Below, piece by piece: positions 11,245-24,100 of a stretch of 64,000 bases of DNA. How positions within the stretch are numbered: the first letter of the stretch is position 1; each line of letters opens with the position of its first letter. The position numbers and the translations under genes are program-made. This DNA comes from Octopus sinensis (lineage: Eukaryota). The notes beneath the pieces are model-generated. The model searched no databases, was not told where the DNA came from, and worked only from the letters and a program-made list of their open reading frames with translations. Location of the stretch: the NCBI RefSeq assembly GCF_006345805.1, contig NC_043005.1, positions 68,572,001 to 68,636,000 of the forward strand, written 5' to 3'.

Positions 11245-12909
11245 TATAGGTTATTGTGACCCAAATGAAATAACATTTATTTCCGTGATTATTTCATCCA
11301 AATCCGCAACTGAATTGCAATCGCTCATTTCCTATCTCCGTTTGATGGATGCCCTTAGTTTAGACAAATGAAATCTAATCTTTACTGCTTCAGAAATTCA
11401 TATAATTTTATGCTTCGCACCGGCAATTTCTGTTATGGTTATAAGCTAATAATGAATATGTAAAGCATTATAATGTTCATTTTGATGTTAGCAAAGGATC
11501 GAAAGCTAGGGCCGAAATTACCGACAAATATAGATTATTTCCTCTAAACCTTTTACATTTTAGATTTTTGTATATTCGGAGGTTTGAACTATGGTGATAG
11601 GCTAAACATTCCCATTACTACCAAGCATAAACAGAAATTTAGGAAGGAGAGATTCACCGCGCACTACGCACACACACGCACCTATACATACACACACAAA
11701 TTATATATATATATATATATATACACACATGCATACGTATACACAGGTAATGGGGACAGCATCCCACTACCTTTAATCTACTTAATATGACATGGGAACA
11801 AGCAGCCTTCAGAAATATAGTCCAGCTTATACATGCAAACATACATATACTGGAAACAATTCTAGTAAATAAATAACTGATATACGCAAGGAGTTTTAAA
11901 TGATTTAAACGATGTCTAAATCTGGGGAAAGTTATCTAAAAATCTGTCGACAATTTGTAGCATCTCTCAAAGAAAATAAATTTTAAGAAGTTTAGACCTG
12001 GTTTCAGAGAAAGGTATTTTAATACTCGAAGAGATATGCCAGATCTATTTTAGCAGACAATGTGACAATGTCCAGCACCTCGCCATCTATCATAATTATA
12101 TAAATTCATGTCATTGGCTCAAGAGTATTTACTGTTAAATCGAGTAGAATTAAATTATTTTAGCCATGAACATCATGTCTCGATTTATTTTCAAGTTAAA
12201 AATTTCTAGTATATTTTCAATGAATTCCCCCTTTTTTTTTTAGTCTTTAATACTTGATCAATGTTGAAAAAGCTCAAAGGTCCTCCCGAGCCATAAGCAC
12301 ATAAAATCAGTTTCTCGCATTCTGCAGCGTATACACTTCTCTCCTTGGACAAATGCCGTCCCGCCACAATATTACTAATTTTTTCTCAGTTCACTTGACC
12401 GAAGCAACATGAAATTAGATGATTTGGTCAAGAACACAACGCAACGACTGGATCAGGAGTCAAAACCACAATCTTCCGATCATAAGTGTAACACCTTAAG
12501 CACTACGCCACAGCCCACGCGCCTCCACGTTGGCGTTTCATAAGAGGTACTTTTGGCAGTGATAGCCAGCAGAATGAGCGACCACGTACATATTTTCCCA
12601 TTTTCTTGTACGGATGATACTCAGTACCTGTTGTGCTACACATTTCTATATGTTTGTCAATATACTATTATATAAGGAAACTTTATTTCATCGTGACTGA
12701 ATCTTTGGTAAATAAGCAGTGATTTATTTATGAATCATTGATAGAATTCTTTGGCTTTACGCTAACGTAATGTAATCGGTTGGTGTTTATGTATTCGTAG
12801 CACATTCTAGTGGCTACTATGTCTCCTCTATTTAAGTCGTATAGCATTGTAGTATTATAGTCTAAATTTCGAAGGCACTTTCTGTTGCTTTTTGCCTTGC
12901 GACTGAAAG

Positions 12910-13007
12910 ATCATTCCTTGCCAAATGTAACTTAAGTGACGTTCACTCTGTTGAAAACATTCGGAGCACATCTTTCACACCAGTCACGAAGGACATGGCA
13001 GATTCAC
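12910..13007 (+). CDS. Candidate internal exon (SFLAKCNLSDVHSVENIRSTSFTPVTKDMADS)
   Basis: Long pyrimidine tract before the AG at 12908-12909, donor cac|gtatgc, and a single open frame. No homology recognised. Confidence 0.3.
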
Positions 13008-13074
13008 GTATGCTGTTTTTCCTCATCTGACTAAACCATGAAAAAATAGTCTGTATTATCAACATGCGATATAA

Positions 13075-13480
13075 AGTGGGGAAATGGCAGAGTCGTTAGT
13101 ACGCCGTGCAGAGTGCGCAGTAGCATTTCGTCCATCTTTAATATCTGGGTCCAAATTCCGCCAAAGTCGACATTGTGTATCATCCTTTCTGGATCGCTAA
13201 AATAAATGCCAGTTGTGTATTGAAGTCATTGTAATCGATTTATCTACCCCAAAATTGCTGACCTTGTGCCAAAATTTGAAACCACTATGCGATATAAGGC
13301 ATCTAGGTGGCAGAACGGTTACCACGCCGGGCTAAAAGTTTGTCAGAATTTCATCCGTGTTTAAGTTCAAATTCCGCCGAGATCGGCTTTGCATTTCATT
13401 CTTCAAGCACTGGGATCGGTGTAATTGACTTCTGTGTCCCCTCCAAAACTGCTGGATTTGTGCCAAATTTTGATATCATT
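13075..13480 (+). mobile_element. Two head-to-tail degenerate SINE A copies; the first has an 11-bp TSD
   Basis: atgcgatataa at 13064-13074 and 13287-13297; both copies carry the family A core and tail. Confidence 0.8.
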
Positions 13481-14829
13481 ATTAATATACGATATTATTC
13501 AACCAGACATTGTATACATCTGGCTCTGTAGAGTAGAATCTAGCAGATCCTCTTACTAACACTTCATTGTTATCTTTATACTTTAAGGTTTGCATATATT
13601 CGGATAAAGCTGTTAAGCTTTGATCATGTTGATTGTAGAGCATACTGCTAACGACCTTAAAAGACAGTTACATCAATCTAATCGTAGCACTCACTTCTAT
13701 AAATCATGGAGAAGTAATTAAAATGCCATTATCAGCAACTTCCCCCTTCCGCACGACCGGAACAGAATAGATTTATTTAAATATATTTTAATACCTTTAA
13801 AAGGAACGTAACAGAAACAAACATTGAATGTTAATAAGATCAGTCAAGTCTTGTTCCGGTGGAAGTGTAGCTGCATGCAACCTGTATTCCTTTTGTGAGT
13901 AAACTAATATATAACGCAGTATTTTATGGGTTCAGCGGGATAGGACACAGTTTCTCATATACATTTAACACACTCTTAAAGCTGAGATCTGATCCTAACT
14001 AATAAATTACTCTCTCGATAAATCTCACCTGCTTTAACAGTGCTGAAAACTTACACCAGCGTGAACATTAATGTGCTAAGAAACGTGTTGAATAGAATAT
14101 ACAGGCAAACTGTTTTATAGTCGCAGAGTAGCTTACATTTAATATTAAGCGTGAGAAACCATACTGTTCACAGTATGTTATCGATAATTTATTTGCACTT
14201 ATAACTTAATTTCAGACATTGGTTAAGTTGGACCCAATAGGGTGTCGTGACAGCATAGTTCTTAACGATCACATTACACTAATATATTTGTTTCCCTTAT
14301 ATACTGCTACACTCTGGGTCATCTTGCGAAGGATATCATAGTGCAGGTTAAGTGAATGAGAACAAACAACGGATAGGAAAGACATACGTATACGACGACC
14401 TGTACACTGCAAGAATAACCACCAATTTTTACAATGTTGGCATTAACTGGATTTTGTTCGTATCAACGAAGCTTCAATCAGCGGTGTAATCATTGCATTC
14501 AGATTTCTCGGTTTATACTATGATATTGGCCACTCATTCATATGCAATAGCAGGAATCTATTTGACAAGAAAGTTTAGTCGATCAGTAAAAAGCTTGTTC
14601 CAATCAGTATTTTCGACAGGATTATGATCGAATCTGTATGTCTCGCTCGAATGTCTAGACATCATTTCTGAAGAGGATATAAGAACAAGGATGTGTTCTT
14701 AGGGCTTTCTAGTAGAGAGCATACAGTTCTAGGAGTCATTAAATTTTTCGTAATGAGCAAATATCTTGTTTTGCTGAATTATAGAGGAACATACTGTCAC
14801 CTGCTTATATTTCAGTGTATCAGTAAAAA

Positions 14830-15075
14830 TACAGTCCGATCAATAAATATCCGAACTGTTGCCATAGTAACGAAGCTAAAGTATGCTGAGTAAAGACGCT
14901 TGGCACAGATTAATCGTGAACTTTGTTGTGCATCCGCATTAAGTTTTAACGTTCTAGCTCATTTCTGACTGCCGCTGTTTACTCAATGCTTGGGAGTGAC
15001 GTATGTAACATGTGTTCGTCGCATTGATAATGACAGGAAAAGCTGAGCAGAGAATCTGCATCAAATTGTGTCAAA
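14830..15075 (+). mobile_element. Mariner 5' end fragment (TIR region, 5' UTR and first codons of transposase)
   Basis: Begins ta-cagtccgatcaataaatatccgaac. ATG at 15030 gives MTGKAEQRICIKLCQ, matching the EQRICIKFC mariner N-terminus. Confidence 0.7.
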
Positions 15076-15761
15076 TTAATTACTTATTAATAACATTTAA
15101 AAAAAAATAAACAAATCGAACTCGAATAACAGAAGGTAAGATTTATATTAACATCGGTGAGATTTGTAAAACGCTTAAGTAAATGCTGTAAATCAATGTA
15201 TCTCGGCACTTTAATAAGTATACCACTTCTTCGACTCTTTCTCCTGATTACTATAATGAAATTATGAAATGAAATTAGAAACAGGATTTTGAATCACAAT
15301 GTATTAATTACATGAACTCATTCGGTGTTATAATTAATTATTTGAACACAGCATTATCACATCACATTTTATTACATGGCATCATTAGTGTTATTGAAAT
15401 TAAATATGTTACTCCATTTTCATGTTAAATATCACAGCTAAATGGCGTTGACAATATATATAATGTGTGAAAAACTTAGAACTGTAGAAAAGGTACCAGG
15501 GAGCCAAAACCATATACGTCGCTTGTGTTCTTGAAAGTCCAAACATGTCATTTTCATTCTTACCTGTTTTGGAAGTGAATAAAACCTCATCATTTTATCA
15601 TATGATGACACAAATTGTTAACATAAAAATGAAATTAATATTCAGAGCGTTTAGAAAGAACATACGACCTAGTAAACCAAGTTTGCAATATTGCTTTGAT
15701 CTTAGAGTAAAAAGATTTCTTGTCAACTGAGAAAGATTATGCTTTTGAAAATTCAATGATA

Positions 15762-16169
15762 CTTACTTACTTTTACTTGTTTCAGTCATTTGACTGCGGC
15801 CATGCTGGAGCACCGCCTTTAGTCGAGGAAATCGACCCCGGGACTTATTCTTTGTGAGCCCAGTACTTATTCTATCGGTCTCTTTTTGCCGAACCGCTAA
15901 GTGACGGGGACGTAAACACACCAGCATCGGTTGTCAAGCAATGCTAGGGGGACAAACACACACACACAAACACACACACATACATATATACATATATATA
16001 CATACATACGACAGGCTTCTTTCAGTTTCCGTCTACCAAATCCACTCACAAGGCTTTGGTCGGCCCGAGGCTATAGTAGAAGACATTTGCCCAAGATGCC
16101 ACGCAGTGGGACTGAACCCGGAACCATGTAGTTCATAAGCAAGCTACTTACCACACAGCCACTCCTGCG
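15762..16169 (-). mobile_element. SINE family B
   Basis: Reverse complement of the 10836-11244 type, nearly full length. Confidence 0.92.
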
Positions 16170-16281
16170 ATCTTCATTTCTTCTACATTTTCGGTTTACG
16201 CACAGGAAGGTTGTCTCAATACGTGTGATGTACTTCTTGGAGGTATGGCAAGCCAGGGATAAGTATTATTATTATTGTTAA

Positions 16282-16502
16282 GGCGGCGAGCTGGCAGAAT
16301 TGTTAGCACGTCGGGCAAAATGCTTAGCGGTATTTCGTCCGTCTTCCGTCTTATCATTCTGAGTTCAAATTCCGCCGAGGTCGACTCTACGTTTCATCCT
16401 TTCGTTGTCAATAAGTTAAGTACCAGTAAAACACTGGGGACGATGTTATCGATTAGCCCGCTCCCACCAAATTGCATGCATCGTCCCTATACTACAAAAG
16501 AT
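16282..16502 (+). mobile_element. SINE family A
   Basis: ggcggcgagctggcagaattgttagcacg... preceded by (ATT)n. Confidence 0.88.
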
Positions 16503-17204
16503 TATCATTGTTGCTATTGTTGCTATTCTTGTATTAATAGTATTAATCATCATTAATACAATTGCTATTATTAATTATTTTGTTTCTCATTGTTGATTAC
16601 TACAATAAGGTTTTCCTTAGTGTAATCAGGAATACATTTGCAAAATATGCTTCAGGTTTTAGAAAGTGAGTAAAATTATTATAATTAGAATCAGACAAAT
16701 ATCGGGATTGATTTAATCAACTTTCACCTCGTCTCAAACACCGTTGGTCTTGTGCCAAAATTTGAAAGAATTATCATAACTATTATTAATATTTCTCCAT
16801 TTTTATAATAATGATGATAATTGTAGTTGTGGTGTGGACGTACTGCTGCTGCTGTGATGATGCTGGTAATGATAATGAGTGGGAGAAATAGAATGAACAG
16901 TATCCAAACGACAAAATCGTAGTGGCGTAGCGTTGATTAGATAAATTTGTTGCCCAGTATATCTCGTTGTAGAAAGTGAATTTGTATTGATGATTTATAA
17001 TGTTTATGCTATCAGTCTCTGGTGAAGTCTTCGATTGAAACATTTCAAGATTTATTACTGTTTACACGATTTAATTTGGGGATGTTATTTGCTTTATTTC
17101 CTCAAAAATCATCTCATAATTTTCTTTGTTGAGTAAACATTAAACACGCACATACACACACATACATACATACATACATACATAAAAACACACATACATA
17201 TATA

Positions 17205-17273
<69 letters not shown>

Positions 17274-17627
17274 TATGTATACACATACGTGTGTGTGTTT
17301 GTGTCTGTGTGTAATTACAATTTTACTTATATGAATCTATATATCTATATATGTATACCTGTATATACATAGGAATATACATACATACATATATATATAT
17401 ATATTTATTTGTATATATATTTATATATATATATATACATCGAAAGACACGCATCCTCTTCCAAGTATATACATATATATGTATATGTATATATAAATAT
17501 CTATGTTAAATAATATATAATCACAACTAAAATGAAGATGCACTTTATAGTAAAATCAAGCTACATTGCGAAATAATTACACACTATATTCTGTGACTTT
17601 CCCGTCCTGATATCATGTTTCTAATAG

Positions 17628-17711
17628 GGATATAATTATAAAACAGATGGATATTTGACGCCTTCATCACCGAAACTGCCAACACGACCGTATGAGGATA
17701 TTGTTTCGTAG
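17628..17711 (+). CDS. Candidate terminal coding exon (GYNYKTDGYLTPSSPKLPTRPYEDIVS*)
   Basis: Acceptor ...catgtttctaatag (alternative AG at 17645-17646), stop at 17709-17711 and AATAAA at 17864-17869. Tyr motifs are typical of receptor tails. A 74-codon antisense ORF overlaps it. Confidence 0.4.
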   Translation, partial: GYNYKTDGYLTPSSPKLPTRPYEDIVS

Positions 17712-18941
17712 TTTGAAAACTGGTTGTATACCGAAACTCTCAAATCATCACGGATACAAGTAGAAGTAATTTCCTTCGTATAATATTTTCCAGTATTACT
17801 CATTTCACCGACGTTTTCGTTAGAAATGGAATGTACAGAAAAGTACATTATATTAAGCATTCGAATAAATGTTTTGCTGTATTAGGTGGTGATCATTAGA
17901 GCATCGAAAAGTTCTTTACGTACCTGCTGTGACTAACTTTGTCTTTCATTTTCTCGGGGTCAATAACATTCAGTGTCAGTGAGGCACTGGGGTTGGATGG
18001 TCATGAGTAAACAGATTTCTTTAACGTTGCTGCCCGTGTGCCAAAAAGAGAAACTATTGTTACGGTCCTTATCTTTTATCGTTTACTTGCTTCAGTCAGT
18101 AGTCTGTACCATGCTAGGGCACTGAGCTGCAGAAGTTTGGTCGAACGAATCGATGGCATCACTGTTTTTGTTTTGTTATTAATCTTGGTACTTATCTCAG
18201 TGGTTTCGTTTTGCCGAACCGTTAAGTTTAACGCACAAACCCCGGTTGTCAAGTGGCGGTAGGGGGACTACGACAAAGATATGCACATGCACAGAATATA
18301 TATATATATATACAAACATTCTATAATTATAAACCTATTTATAATTAGGGGTCAGCTAATTGCCTCACCACGCACCGAATTTAGAAATAGGAGTTAAAAT
18401 TCCTTTTCTGCTACCATAAAAATCTCCCAGATAGTAACACACTTTCTATTATGTAGGCAAAAAGAAAAAAAATAATGGATCCACACTACTCAGATTAGCT
18501 ACATACTCGTTTCGGGATTAAAATAAAGTTATATAGTTACTTACTTATTTCACCTCTTCATTGCAGCATCTCAAATATAAATTTGAGAGTGCTAGGATTA
18601 AATATGTACGCGATCGAGCGCCATCGCATAACTGATATCCAAAAATTTACAGCCAAAAATATAATACATATTTATCCTTAATACCCACGAAAAGGTTATT
18701 TTAACGTAACGATCTACTTGGTGAAATTATAAATTATTAATTAATTAATTAATTTTACCTTTTTATTACTAATATATATACATATATATGAGACCAAATC
18801 CACTGACAAGCCTGAGGCTACAATCGAAGTTAGTTACCAAGTATGGGAATAACCCTGGAATCATGTGGTTAGGAAGCAAATGTCCGACAGCCCAGCCACG
18901 TCAGCGCTTATATAGGTACACATAAGACATAGGAACAATTG

Positions 18942-19312
18942 AGTGGAGGCGCAATGGTCCAGTGGTTAGGGCAGCGGACTCGCGGTCATAGGATCGCGGT
19001 TTCGATTCCCAGACCGGGCGTTGTGAGTGTTTATTGAGCGAAAACACCTAAAAGCTCCACGAGGCTCCGGCAGGGGATGGTGGTGATCCCTGCTGTACTT
19101 TCACTCTTACTTCCTGTTTCGGTTGTACCTGTACTTCAAAGGGCCGGCCTTGTCACTCTCTGTGCCACGCTGAATATCCCCGAGAACTACGTTAAGGGTA
19201 CACGTGTCTGTGGAGTGCTCAGCCACTTACACGTTAATGTCACGAGCAGGCTGTTCCGTTGATTCGGATCAACCGGAACCCTCATCGTCGTAACCGACGG
19301 AGTGCTTCCATC
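18942..19312 (+). mobile_element. SINE family C (tRNA-Arg-like head) with 11-bp TSD
   Basis: ggaggcgcaatggtccagtggttagggcagcggactcgcggtcataggatcgcggtttcgattccc carries A/B-box-like motifs; aggaacaattg at 18931-18941 and 19313-19323. Confidence 0.9.
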
Positions 19313-19699
19313 AGGAACAATTGGAAATATTATCTAACCCTAAACTGAAATGTTTATAGAATATATTCTGTATCGTTAAGCTTCCGTGCTCTAACAATTA
19401 GATGTTCGCAGAAATATATGGATACGCGTAATTTTAGTGATTTTCTTTTTCTATATAAAGAATAGCTTTCTCATTCAATTATGTACTCTGTTTCATTCAT
19501 GGAGGCACCAAGGCTCTTTGTATTCCTACAGTAATAATTGCAGTGTTTTGTAAGGCAGTCAGTGTAGGAATTAAAAACATGAAGAACCTAATGGCAGCAG
19601 TTTAGTTTCCATGCATAGTTTTTCTAAAAGGTGATAACACTAACATGGCGTCATTACATTTCAGCATTTGTATATCAATGAACACATGAATGCATAAAG

Positions 19700-20021
19700 A
19701 TGTAGTAGTACGCCGGGGCAAGAGGCATAGATAGAGGCATTTCGCCCGTCTTTACATTTTGAGTTCAAATTCCGCCGATATCAACTTTGTTTTTTTCTCA
19801 TTTCAGGGTTGGTAAAACAAGCCCTGGATTTGATGTAATCAATTTAACCTTTCCGAAATTGCAGGCCTTGAGGCAAAATTTGAAACCAACATAAGTAGGA
19901 GTGGCTGTGTGTTAAGTAGCTTGCTTACCAACCACATGGTTCCGGGTTCAGTTCCACTGCGTTGTACCGATCAAAGCCTTGTGAGTGGATTTGGTAGACG
20001 GAAACTGAAAGAAGCCCATCG

Positions 20022-20068
<47 letters not shown>

Positions 20069-20290
20069 ATGTATGTGTGTGTTTGTGTGTCTGTGTTTGT
20101 CACCCCAATATCGCTTGACAACCGATGCTGGTGTGTTTACGTCCCCGTAACTTAGCTGTTCTGCAAAAGAAACCGATAGAATAAATACTAGGCTTACAAA
20201 GAATAAGTCCTGGGGTCGATTTGCTCGACTAAAGGCGGTGCTCCTGCATGGCCTCAGTCAAATGACTGAAATAAGTAAAAGAGTAAAAGA
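19700..20290 (+). mobile_element. Degenerate SINE A (19700-19887) followed by SINE B (19895-20290)
   Basis: Family cores and tails recognisable. Confidence 0.85.
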
Positions 20291-20399
20291 GAGAGTAACG
20301 GTAGTAATACAGGGGCATGGGCAGTAACGAGCATCGCTGCATCTGTCATGTGTTAGTGATTCCCTATTCCTGGTGGATGACACCTTTTTTATTACTCAG

Positions 20400-20690
20400 T
20401 TGACAACTCTTCAACCCACGGGGGTCTGTTTCGATAAACGTTGTAGTAAGTGTTTTGCGAGGTCGGACAGCAAATCGTACTTCCACTTATTTTTGTCGCC
20501 TTTTACGACACGCAGAGCAATTACTGGATCCATTCTTTGACACAACGGTCCCCCACACAGTACTAGAACCACGTGAAACGAAATATTATTCTGAAGAAAA
20601 CAACACGCCGTCCGGTCAGGAAATCGAACCATGTTCTGTTGATCGTGAATACAACACCCTAACCATTAAGCCATGTGCCTTTGCTATATG
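20400..20690 (-). mobile_element. Degenerate tRNA-headed SINE, family D-like
   Basis: Minus strand ggcacatggcttaatggttagggtgttgtattcacgatc...ggttcgatttcctgaccgg...gtgttg, similar to the head of 26418-26772. Confidence 0.6.
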
Positions 20691-22328
20691 TTGAAAGATG
20701 AATTTTTGAACATCTGTTTCTATTTCTGTTTCCTATATATACAATATCAGTCCTGTGACTGGCTTGGCTAACTACTTAAAGACACTCTTTTCATAAGTGA
20801 CTGGACATCGATTCAGCCTTTAATTGATTATGTTTCACAAATGTCAAGTGGTCATAGTATGAGGTAGTGTTTCCTCATGATGTAGTCCATATCATTCAAG
20901 TCTTGTTGATTCACTGACATACTTGAAATTTCTATTTATATATTTCAATGTAAATTATTAATTATAAATCAAGAGTTTTTGTATAATTTATTAATGTAAT
21001 TTAATAGCTCATTGGTCATTTCATATGGCAAATAAGGCCCATTATTTAAAGTTTAGTACTACTTCTAAAATCGTGACAGCATTAAGGCTGGCTGGTAAGA
21101 TAATATATGAAATACAGAGCTGAGTTCTAATTATGGCCGGGTTAAATTCGGACATAACTGCATACAGCGTAAATATAAGAACTGGACGTCATAGTTACAT
21201 ATAATACAATGGTACATATATATTGATTTCGTTCTCTATTCCATCTAAGCGTACCATTTGAACGATAATTTGACAATGGCTCTCCGGGTCGTTAGATAAA
21301 TATATATTTTGATTATAGATGTCATAGAATTCGTAATTTTATATTACGTTTCTCTGCAATTCAGTAACAACATAGTGATAAATAGCCAGTTTCTGTTTAA
21401 TTTTTAGGGGTTAAATGTCTATTTTTAAGTGTTTTTTTTCAAAATTGGTTAACAACTTTATGTAATATTATATTGTATATTACATATTCTAAACCGATGA
21501 AACAGTTAATCGCATTTTTATCATACTAAGTGGTTTGATTTATTTATTATACAATATAGGAGTGTCCTTAATTATATTTACTATTATATTTATATAAGTT
21601 TATATGTAAAAATGAACACTTCTGACCGCTCATAAAAGCATATGCTTTTCTAATAGGATTCCAACTACTTCAAATATTTTTATGTAAGTATAGTAGTATC
21701 ATTTCTAATTGTTGTTACTTGAAAAAGATATGGAATTGTTTCGGAAAATTGAAAGAGCATGAAATTATTGTTTGTTCGCGCTGGGTTTGTATGCACAGAA
21801 TTATCAAATTTAGGTAGAAAATAGTTTTGGATCCCTCGACAAAGCAAAACTAAAATCAATGAATAATGACAATAAAAATAAAGAATAAGTTGTAGGTTTG
21901 CACATGGTTTATATACAGCTGATATATTACACAGTAGTGTATGGAGAGTGATGAGAAGAAGTGAGTATCAGTTCATGAATATGGTAGTGGTGTTTGTTTT
22001 GCGAAAACATTGGTCTGTAGGAAAAGGTTTACCAGAGAGCATAGCAGATGGAGAGACAAGGAAAAAGCGAGATAGATAGATAGACAGAAAGAGGGAGAGA
22101 GATGGTCAGAAAGAGAGATAGACTGACAAACAGAGAGGGAGATACATTGAAGGAGCAAGAGAGACACAGTGAGAGAGAGTGGTGGGGATTGGTCCCTATA
22201 GAATCCAATGCGGAAAATATGCAGTTTCTAGAGTTGATGTTCTTGTTAATTTCCTCGACATCGCAGGTTGACAGGTAGTTTATCAGCCAATGATTTGTGT
22301 TGTTTTGTAAAGAGTGGATAGATGACGA

Positions 22329-23550
22329 TACAAAAGTGGGCTGGAAAATTCCTAGGCTCACTATGAAGGATTGATGCCAGAGCTGTGAAATCTTGCCTGT
22401 TTTAATCTCAAATCTTATTAATAACTGCACTACTTCTTTCCCGGTAAACTGATATTTCACTGTTCAATGAAAACTTCAATAGTACCTAGTAGCGACTTGA
22501 AAATATACAAAATATACAAGTATCTGCAGGAAAAGGCTTTAGCCAGCCCTCTCCTCCAGGACATACGTTGTAACATAGTTGTTACATTAGCGCTGACACT
22601 GCAGCTTTATCAACCGTACAAAGGTGGGCAGCTAAATTTTGGAGGGAAAGGTGGAACCTGTATAATGATCCAAGGTCTGGACATCCTGTAACTGCCACCG
22701 TCGAGGAAAATATTGATTGTATTTACCATATACTGATGGATGATAAGTGATTGACAGTAAATCAAGTATCCTATGATAGAATTTAGAATATTCTGTACAA
22801 TGAACTTGAGTATGACGAAGGTTTCTGCTTGGTGGACACCACATCTGTAGCTTGTTCAAAAGCGCACCAAGCTGGTCACATCACTGGAAAATCTGACAGT
22901 TCATATTACAGGATGTCTGTTGGATTCATTAATTTAAACCAAATACAAAAGAAACAATCCATGCTGTAAAAACACAAATTCACCTTCAAAGAAGACCTAG
23001 AACATTTCGTCTGCAGAGAAGGTGACGGGATTAGTTTTGGGGAATGCAAAAAGGACTGTGCTTCTTGATTATCTTCAAAAGGGCTACACCATCAAGGGAA
23101 AGTACTACGTCAACTTGCTGAAGGAGTTACGAAAGGTTATCAAGAGCAAACAACCAGGAAAACTGAAGACAATACTTCATCAAGACAATACTTCAGCACA
23201 CGTCCTTCGTTTCAAGGGTTACTGTGCTTGACTGTAGCTGTAAACTGTTTTATAACCTTCCTTATTCTTCTGATTTGGCCACGTCTGACTATCATCTGTC
23301 TCTCAATATGAAAAAAAACAACAAAATACTTGGCTAAAAACCAGTATCGCACTGATGATGAGATCAAGTCTACTGTTGATGATTATTCTTTTTTGACCAA
23401 CAGGATAAAAGCTTCTTCACCAATAGGATCCAAGCGTTACAAGAAGTGTGTGAACCACAAGAGAGACTATGTCGAAACATAAAACCTCATTTGGGTACAT
23501 TTTACGGGAGTGTCTTGGTCAGCCTGCGAACTTTTCAGCTGACTCTCCTA
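22329..23550 (+). mobile_element. Full-length but heavily decayed mariner element with TA flanks
   Basis: Imperfect TIRs (ta-caaaagtgggctggaaaattcctaggctcac versus the reverse complement of the right end, ta-ggagagtcagctgaaaagttcgcaggctgacc). Transposase remnants KYLQEKA, DPRSGHPVTATVEENID, LLDYLQKGYTIKGKYYVNLLKELRKVIKSKQPGKL and LHQDN. Confidence 0.88.
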
Positions 23551-23559
23551 TAGTAAAAA

Positions 23560-24100
23560 ACTTTGCTGATATTAGTGGTAGTCAGATTTTTCATTTTCAA
23601 CAATCATATAATTTCTGAATAAAAAGTCAGGGCTTAGGCTAAGTGTGGTTTTCTGAATCTGTTTTATGATTTAGTAAGATGATGTGGTAGTGTGTTGGTG
23701 GTTTACATCGTGGTTTCTAAAGCTAAGTCCTTACATAGGAGGAACATAGGTAATCGTGATATTTCCTCGCTTATGTTACTTCTGGGCTTTATATTTTTTC
23801 TAATTCCGTTTACCTTACTGGTTGTGAGAAGTCTGCAATATGTGTACAAGTATAAATTAATTGTGGTAAGTTGTATGATTGTCATATTGTCTGGTTCTGA
23901 CCCTCTTGAAGTTTTACATGAATTTGCTATTCCTTGGTTGTCTGAAGAGGTGGAAATCACGATCTCCGTTGAAGATGTATCCTTTGTTTTACGTTACGTT
24001 GACAGTATACACCTGCTTTATTGTACCACCACTGCTTATATCTCTCTGCGATATTTAGAAATGTAATATTTCTATTTTTTGTGATCAGTGGATTTATTTC
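23560..24100 (-). mobile_element. Possible Penelope-like N-terminal ORF remnant
   Basis: Asn/Thr/Ser-rich frame ending EEISRLPMFLLCKDLALETT, loosely like the LLxKGLxFxPT motif of PLE N-termini. The match is weak. Confidence 0.35.

Noticed and set aside
17636-17860. Minus-strand 74-aa ORF as the real gene
   Set aside because: It has no convincing acceptor; the plus-strand reading has an acceptor, a stop and AATAAA. It is not fully excluded.
18945-19020. tRNA gene (also the heads at 26700-26772 and 46489-46560)
   Set aside because: The tRNA-like heads lack a proper acceptor stem and run into SINE bodies, with a TSD around the whole element at 18.9 kb.
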